Shown here: one piece after another, positions 58,809-64,000 of the stretch
How the letters are laid out: each line of letters opens with the position of its first letter
Numbering within the stretch: position 1 is the first letter of the stretch
Origin: an uncultured Bacteroidota bacterium
Lineage (GTDB): Bacteria; Bacteroidota; Bacteroidia; Flavobacteriales; Flavobacteriaceae
Assembly: GCA_902595825.1 (NCBI GenBank)
Contig: CACJRP010000006.1
Span: 573 to 64,572, forward strand
Direction: 5' to 3'
DNA length: 64,000 nucleotides
Program-made: the position numbers and the translations under genes
The notes under the pieces: generated by a model
The model's input: only the letters and a program-made list of their open reading frames with translations
Database searches by the model: none
Told to the model about the DNA's origin: nothing

Positions 58809-60008
58809 TTAAAAATGAATTTCAAGTTGCATTCTCCAAAATAAAGAATTTAAAGAATAAATTGATTCTTCAAATGTTAAATCGCTTTGAAATTTTAATT
58901 TATGATTTAAAATGTATTTAGAAACTCCTAAGGTATATTGTTTAATATTAGTATTAGAAGTTACAAATTTATCAAACTCGACACTTGTATATCTTGCAGA
59001 AATCGCAAGTTTTGATGGTAAAACGTAACCAAAATGCAAGTTTAATGCAGAGCCTGTCTTTACGACATCTCCAGTTAAGGTGTTGTCACTGTTTCTAGCA
59101 AATGGATCAGCTGAGTTTCTGTCTGCATACTCCCCCATTAATGAAAGTCCCCTATATTTAAGATGTGTATTTATAAAAAATGTCTTAATGTCAGCTTTAT
59201 AATATCCTAAATCATTTTTCAAATATTCTCCCATATTGCTTTTGTTTTTAACAGCATTGTCATTGTAATCATACGTGGCGCTAATATTTAGTTTGAAATT
59301 ATTCTCATAGCTTATATCATCACCTACGTAGTCACCATTATTTTTAAATAATCCGAAAGGAAGAAATTCTAAACGTGTTGTATACTGATAACCTCCTAAG
59401 TTACCACTGATTACACTTCTGCCTTCACCTTGGGAGAGAGCAAAAGTTTCCTTGATATAAAATTTTTCTGAAAATTTAAATTTATGTATCAGTTTAAGGC
59501 CAATGTCTCTATCAATATTAAATTCTCTATTTAATATTGAACGATCAATTAGAGCCATTTTTCCAGATGAAATAATTCTCTCTATGTTTCCTGGAAGTTT
59601 ACTTTGCCCAATAAGTAGACTGAAATTTTTATAAAAATTCCATTCTATCCATGCATCAAGAACTACACTAGAAAGATTTGATACAAATTTTGAGGTTTCA
59701 AGCATGTCATTTTCAGATAGTCCAAGCTCTATGTAATATGTAATCTTTTGACTAAAACCAAACCCTCCAAATTTTAACCTTGCCCTTCTAAGACCTGAAT
59801 TGGAACCAGAATCTCTAAAATTTAAACCTTCTTTATTCCATGAATTTTTAGTAAGTAATTGAATCCTTCCCGTGAAGTCAAAACCCCATTCATTGTTTTT
59901 ATCTCTAAAATTGATTATGCCTTTGCCAAACTTTGAAGCTTTAATTTTTTGACCATAATTTAGTAATGGAAATAGAATTAAAAGTATGAGCAACTCTTTA
60001 TTGAACAT
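58809..60008 (-). CDS. Phosphate-selective porin O/P family outer-membrane protein
   Basis: ...GLRRARLKFGGFG..., ...LDAWIEWNF..., ...LIGQSKLPGNIERIIS..., C-terminal ...LEIHF. ATG at 60008 preferred (signal MFNKELLILLILFPLLNYGQ). Confidence 0.7.
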   Translation of the reverse strand: MFNKELLILLILFPLLNYGQKIKASKFGKGIINFRDKNNEWGFDFTGRIQLLTKNSWNKEGLNFRDSGSNSGLRRARLKFGGFGFSQKITYYIELGLSENDMLETSKFVSNLSSVVLDAWIEWNFYKNFSLLIGQSKLPGNIERIISSGKMALIDRSILNREFNIDRDIGLKLIHKFKFSEKFYIKETFALSQGEGRSVISGNLGGYQYTTRLEFLPFGLFKNNGDYVGDDISYENNFKLNISATYDYNDNAVKNKSNMGEYLKNDLGYYKADIKTFFINTHLKYRGLSLMGEYADRNSADPFARNSDNTLTGDVVKTGSALNLHFGYVLPSKLAISARYTSVEFDKFVTSNTNIKQYTLGVSKYILNHKLKFQSDLTFEESIYSLNSLFWRMQLEIHF

Positions 60009-60115
60009 AAAATTGTAAAACAGTTCGAAAAAGTAATTATAAACTCTAAACAACTCATCTCTTTTTTGATATAAATTAATTAGATGTTAATTGAGGATTA
60101 TCGAAATATTATCCT

Positions 60116-60133
60116 AATGTTATCTAAATGTTA
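60116..60133 (+). promoter_or_regulatory. Pho-box-like direct repeat AATGTTA-N4-AATGTTA
   Basis: Two 7-mers with 11-bp periodicity, at 60116-60122 and 60127-60133. A third ATGTTAA lies at 60084-60090. The complement reads TTAACA / TAACA. Located in the divergent region between the porin-PiT operon and the MORN gene. Confidence 0.35.
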
Positions 60134-60175
60134 ACAAATTTTTATATATTTACATTATAATTTAAAATTAAACCC

Positions 60176-60556
60176 ATGAAAAACTTCTTTACATTTGGAT
60201 TTATAATGTTTTGCCTACTGGGTTATTCTCAAGATCTACCCTTTTTAAACGATGAGAATCTACCCTCTGAAAATCAATCAATTGACATTTTGTCAAATTA
60301 CGAAAATGGAATCAAAAAGATAACTAAGTTTCACAAAAACGGGCAAATGTCGCAGCAAGGATACCTTAAAAAAAATAAACTTCATGGTAAGTGGATATCC
60401 TATTCTGAAACCGGAGAAAGAATTTGTATTGCTAACTATGATTATGGCAAGAAGCACGGAGTTTGGTTGTTCTGGGAAAATGAAACTTTAAAAGAAATTG
60501 TTTACGAAAACAACAAAGTCATAAACAAGGTGATTTGGGATAAATCAGGTTCTTGA
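60176..60556 (+). CDS. Secreted MORN-variant repeat (YwqK-like) protein
   Basis: Signal ...CLLGYSQ. Repeats ...HKNGQMSQQGYLKKNKLHGKWISYSETGE..., ...YDYGKKHGVWLFW.... Confidence 0.6.
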   Translation: MKNFFTFGFIMFCLLGYSQDLPFLNDENLPSENQSIDILSNYENGIKKITKFHKNGQMSQQGYLKKNKLHGKWISYSETGERICIANYDYGKKHGVWLFWENETLKEIVYENNKVINKVIWDKSGS

Positions 60557-62839
60557 TCTAAACTTAATTGCATTTTTGTAGAAATCTTCGATAAGTTCTA
60601 ATTTATGTTCAATTAAGTCTTTTGATTTTAAAAGAATATTAAAGTAAAGTGTTACGTTTTTAGCGCTTGTTTCAGTTGACCTTGTAATCAAAATTTGATT
60701 GCTGATTTTTTCTTCTAAAAAAAGTATTAAAGAATTTTTATTTTCTAAAATAGAAGAGAGTCCTTTTAATGAATTTTTTTCAAAGGCGTCAATGGTACTC
60801 TGAAGTATTTTTAATATTTGATTTTCGATATCCTTTAAATCATTTATTTGTGGCTCCTGGATTTTATTATGTTGGTTATTTATGTGATTTTGAGCTATTC
60901 TGACTATATAAGATATGTCTTCGATTATATCTTGGATTAATCTAAGGGAGTTAACATAAAAAAGAGACAACTCCTTTTCAATTGATTGAATTGTTTTCAA
61001 ATAGTAAAATAAATTATCTCTTAAATCAAAAATTTCACTTTCAAGTTCTTTTACCTTTCTAGAAGCATTTTTTAATTTTATTTCATCGTTCTCTGATAAA
61101 GCATCAATTACTGCTAAATAGCAAATGTGCGCACCTTGGATGGTTTCAGTTATGTTTTTGTCTGCCTCAGAGATTACACCTTCCCTTGATTTGCTCTCTG
61201 ATTTCAAAAATTTCGTTTTTGATTTTATTTCCTTTTTGTGAAACAAATAATTACGAATGATAATAAATGATACAGAGGTAAAAATTATAACTATTGCAGT
61301 TATTCCTCCTAAGTGAAACAAATAAACTATTAAACCAGAAACCGTAAATGCACAGAAGGCTGTTAGAAACCATCCACCAATTACACTTATCACTCCGGAC
61401 ACCCTATACACCGCACTATCTCGACCCCAAGCTTTGTCAGATAAAGATGTTCCCATAGCGACCATGAAAGTAACGTAGGTTGTTGATAAAGGTAGTTTTA
61501 GTGAAGTGGCTATAGAAATCAAAATTGCTGCAACAACAAGATTTATACTCGCCCGCATTTGATCGAAAGAGGGTAGGTTGTCATCCCAATTAGCGGGATC
61601 ATTTTCTTTTTTTAGTTCAAATCTACTTTGAATATAATTTTTAGTTTTGGTGGGAATTATCTTTTCAAACACATATGAAATTTTTATAAAAAACTTCACT
61701 AATATTCTAGATAAAAAATTTGGATTAAATTTTTCTTTTGTGCTATGTTGATTGGCTAGGTCGATAGATGTTTGAACAACTTTTTTGGCTTTGGAGGAAA
61801 ACCATAAAGTTAAAATCATAATAATTCCAGATCCAAGTAGAAACAAAGTTGGGGTTGAAACCTTTGAATTCAAAATTTCCATATTGTACAAATTAGGATC
61901 TATATTGGATAAAGACCAGGCCTCATAAGACTGGAAAGCGGCAATTGGAACTCCAATAAAATTAACCAGATCGTTTCCAGCAAATGCAAGGGCTAAAGCA
62001 AAGGTTCCGACACCAATAATAATCTTGAAAATATTTAATCTAAATAGTTTAATTAAAATAGTTGAAACAAGGAGCCAGAATAAAAAGTTTACAGCGAATG
62101 TAAAAAATGGTTGATAACTAATGAATTCTGAAATTGTTTTTCCATCTAACATTAATAGGCTTTGATTCGCAAAAGCAGAACCTTTAACCCCTTTAATTAT
62201 TATAAAATAGGAAAGTGCTGAAAGAGAAAAACCACCAAATATTGATTTTAAAAGCGTTGTGTTTTGTTCAATATGAAACGTCAATAAAACTCTTGATAGC
62301 CATTGTATAATTGATCCTATTGTGAATGCAATTATTACCGATAAAATGATTCCTAAAATAATTTGTGAAGCTTTAGATGTATTGATGTAATCACCTAAAT
62401 CCGAGAAACTTCCATCTATCAAATTAATTTTAATTATTGACATTATTACCGCGGCCCCTAACAATTCAAAAACAATTGAAACTGTGGTTGATGTAGGCAT
62501 ACCAAGGGTATTGAAAACATCTAAAAGTAAAATATCAGTAATCATAACTGCCGTGAAGATGTAGATGATTTCTTCAAAATTAAAAGCAGCAGGGTTAAAT
62601 ATTCCCTTTCTTGCAACTTCCATCATTCCACTTGAGGAAATTGCACCTATGGCAATACCTAAACTGGCAAGAATCATTATGTTTTTAAACGAGATAGCTT
62701 TCGAACCGATTGCAGAATTTAGAAAGTTAACGGCATCGTTACTTACCCCTACAATTAAGTCTCCAATTGCAAGAATTGCCAACAAGATTACGATATAGAG
62801 ATACGGATTCTCCAAATAAGTAAAAATTAACCCAGACAA
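60545..62839 (-). CDS. PiT-family inorganic phosphate transporter with long cytoplasmic C-terminal helical domain (paralog 2)
   Basis: Same architecture and high similarity to 56533-58806 (GDLIVGVSNDAVNFLNSAIGSKA, FAGNDLVNFIGVPIAA). The start could instead be the TTG about 9 codons downstream. Confidence 0.8.
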   Translation of the reverse strand: MSGLIFTYLENPYLYIVILLAILAIGDLIVGVSNDAVNFLNSAIGSKAISFKNIMILASLGIAIGAISSSGMMEVARKGIFNPAAFNFEEIIYIFTAVMITDILLLDVFNTLGMPTSTTVSIVFELLGAAVIMSIIKINLIDGSFSDLGDYINTSKASQIILGIILSVIIAFTIGSIIQWLSRVLLTFHIEQNTTLLKSIFGGFSLSALSYFIIIKGVKGSAFANQSLLMLDGKTISEFISYQPFFTFAVNFLFWLLVSTILIKLFRLNIFKIIIGVGTFALALAFAGNDLVNFIGVPIAAFQSYEAWSLSNIDPNLYNMEILNSKVSTPTLFLLGSGIIMILTLWFSSKAKKVVQTSIDLANQHSTKEKFNPNFLSRILVKFFIKISYVFEKIIPTKTKNYIQSRFELKKENDPANWDDNLPSFDQMRASINLVVAAILISIATSLKLPLSTTYVTFMVAMGTSLSDKAWGRDSAVYRVSGVISVIGGWFLTAFCAFTVSGLIVYLFHLGGITAIVIIFTSVSFIIIRNYLFHKKEIKSKTKFLKSESKSREGVISEADKNITETIQGAHICYLAVIDALSENDEIKLKNASRKVKELESEIFDLRDNLFYYLKTIQSIEKELSLFYVNSLRLIQDIIEDISYIVRIAQNHINNQHNKIQEPQINDLKDIENQILKILQSTIDAFEKNSLKGLSSILENKNSLILFLEEKISNQILITRSTETSAKNVTLYFNILLKSKDLIEHKLELIEDFYKNAIKFRSRT

Positions 62840-62846
62840 TATACAA

Positions 62847-64000
62847 TTATAATTGAATTCTGTAGGTTATAGCGAAAGTTCTACCAAGTCTTCTTTGAGA
62901 AAACAAAACGGGATCAGCATTAAAAAATTCGTACTGTACCTCCCTTACATCCCCTAATATATTTTGAACCTCTAATTGAATTTGTTGTTTGTCTCCATTA
63001 CCAAAGGATTTTCTCGCTATTAAATTAAGAGAATGAAACGGTACAGAAAAAACATCAGAAACATCGTCATTTCCTACAAACATTAGGGTTTTCCCTTGGA
63101 CATTGTAAAATAAACTAAGCTCAGATACATTTCTTTTATATACCAATGAGGTATTTAAAAGGTAAGGTGATTGTCCTTGCAGTCTTCTATATTCGTCTAA
63201 TTCAACACCTAGGGCATCGGCATCGAACTGACGAACATCAAGTTCATCACCAACCAATTTTTGTCTTGATTCAATTACAGATGCATTTACATTTAATCCT
63301 AAATTATAAATATCGTTGTTTAATATTTTTTGTCTTAATTCTACTTCTAATCCAAATACGTTTGCTTCCTCGCTATTTTGTGGGCGAAACTGCCTAGGAC
63401 TTCTTTGATACATAACGATTTCTATTGGATCTTGAAAATTTTTGTAAAACCCGCTTACCGCAAAAAAGTTTCCACTTTCACCATACTTCTCAAATCTTAA
63501 ATCAAAATTATTTATGTAAGTTGGATTTAAGTTCACGTTTCCAAAGAATCTATTAAAAGTAACGGGATCGAAAATTACAGCTGCGGAGTTTTCTTTAAAT
63601 GAAGGACGAGCTGTGGTCTTGTAATATGAAGCTCTTATTTTTCTGTTTTCATCCAATGAGTAAATCATATTTACAGATGGAAATAGATCGGAGGTATTGA
63701 TAAATTGTTCATCTGAGTAAATTATATTGTCAAGACTTTCACCGGTGTAAAATATTGTATAGTTTTCTAATCTAACCCCCAGATAAGTCTTAAATTTTTC
63801 GGAGAAATTTAACTCTTCAGAAATGTAAGCACCACTTTTTTCAATTGTAGAATCGAATTGATTTTCTTCTTGAAAAGTTCCAAACAAAAAAGCGCCTGTT
63901 GGATCATTTAGGGCCCAAATATTATTTAGAAGATTATTCGCATTACCGTTTAAGTCAAGAGTATTCCCAACATAATCTATTGTAAAAAACTCTGTTGCAA
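62847..64000 (-). CDS. TonB-dependent receptor (5' end outside window)
   Basis: Beta-barrel C-terminal region. The reading frame remains open on the minus strand from the track start (63887) to base 64000. Stop lies 7 nt before the PiT paralog 2 start. Confidence 0.75.
   Translation of the reverse strand, partial: ATEFFTIDYVGNTLDLNGNANNLLNNIWALNDPTGAFLFGTFQEENQFDSTIEKSGAYISEELNFSEKFKTYLGVRLENYTIFYTGESLDNIIYSDEQFINTSDLFPSVNMIYSLDENRKIRASYYKTTARPSFKENSAAVIFDPVTFNRFFGNVNLNPTYINNFDLRFEKYGESGNFFAVSGFYKNFQDPIEIVMYQRSPRQFRPQNSEEANVFGLEVELRQKILNNDIYNLGLNVNASVIESRQKLVGDELDVRQFDADALGVELDEYRRLQGQSPYLLNTSLVYKRNVSELSLFYNVQGKTLMFVGNDDVSDVFSVPFHSLNLIARKSFGNGDKQQIQLEVQNILGDVREVQYEFFNADPVLFSQRRLGRTFAITYRIQL

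Noticed and set aside
58433-58921. 162-aa plus-strand ORF antisense to PiT paralog 1, with a similar 77-aa ORF at 62565-62798 antisense to paralog 2. The apparent conservation between the two could suggest a real antisense gene.
   Set aside because: The similarity is a trivial consequence of the two PiT genes being paralogs with near-identical N-terminal coding sequence. It is not independent evidence for a gene.
1-64000. Looked for CRISPR arrays, tRNA/rRNA genes, transposases, intact integrases and toxin-antitoxin or defence-system cassettes.
   Set aside because: I saw no spaced identical repeats, no GC-rich cloverleaf-sized islands in the intergenic gaps, and no transposase or recombinase catalytic domains. 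The only mobile-element-like trace is the integrase-arm-like peptide fused to sdhA.

Overview
AT-rich, densely packed chromosomal segment, most likely from a marine member of Bacteroidota/Flavobacteriia. The taxon call rests on a SusC/SusD pair, Bacteroidetes-type sdhCAB, an ATP-cone-bearing NrdB and many lipoprotein/Sec signals of the '...YSQ' or '...SC' type. I found about 59 protein-coding genes and no rRNA, tRNA, CRISPR array or intact mobile element. Many genes overlap their neighbour by 4 bp (ATGA/GTGA), which suggests operons.

Content from left to right:
- 5'-truncated SusC/SusD pair plus a prolyl aminopeptidase
- block of secreted beta-propeller, Ig-like, DUF4832 and Kazal proteins
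- four-gene ligase-associated DNA-damage-response operon
- rseP, an SCO-family gene, and feoAB with a Cys-rich peptide gene
- Xaa-Pro aminopeptidase
- sdhCAB
- housekeeping genes (glyQS, xth, an aldo/keto reductase)
- nearly complete heme biosynthesis cluster: hemBFEDCA divergent from an AraC-family gene, hemH, a MATE gene and hemJ
- sensor kinase, enoyl-CoA hydratase, bacilliredoxin-like protein, J-domain/TerB protein, HupE/UreJ, dCMP deaminase, S41 protease
- class I ribonucleotide reductase
- two paralogous long PiT-type phosphate transporters, each directly downstream of an outer-membrane channel gene
- TonB-dependent receptor that runs off the 3' end of the window

Most noteworthy observations:
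1. About 360 bp lies between sdhC and the canonical sdhA core. It is fused in frame to sdhA and resembles the arm-type DNA-binding N-terminus of a tyrosine integrase.
2. A bipartite 10-mer direct repeat with identical 18-bp spacing occurs upstream of both sdhC and the extended sdhA.
3. The heme cluster has an embedded AraC regulator and a MATE exporter coupled to hemH.
4. The duplicated outer-membrane-channel/PiT modules have a Pho-box-like direct repeat nearby.
5. NrdB carries an ATP-cone and NrdA does not.

All calls come from reading the translated ORFs and the DNA by eye. No database search, HMM or statistics were run.
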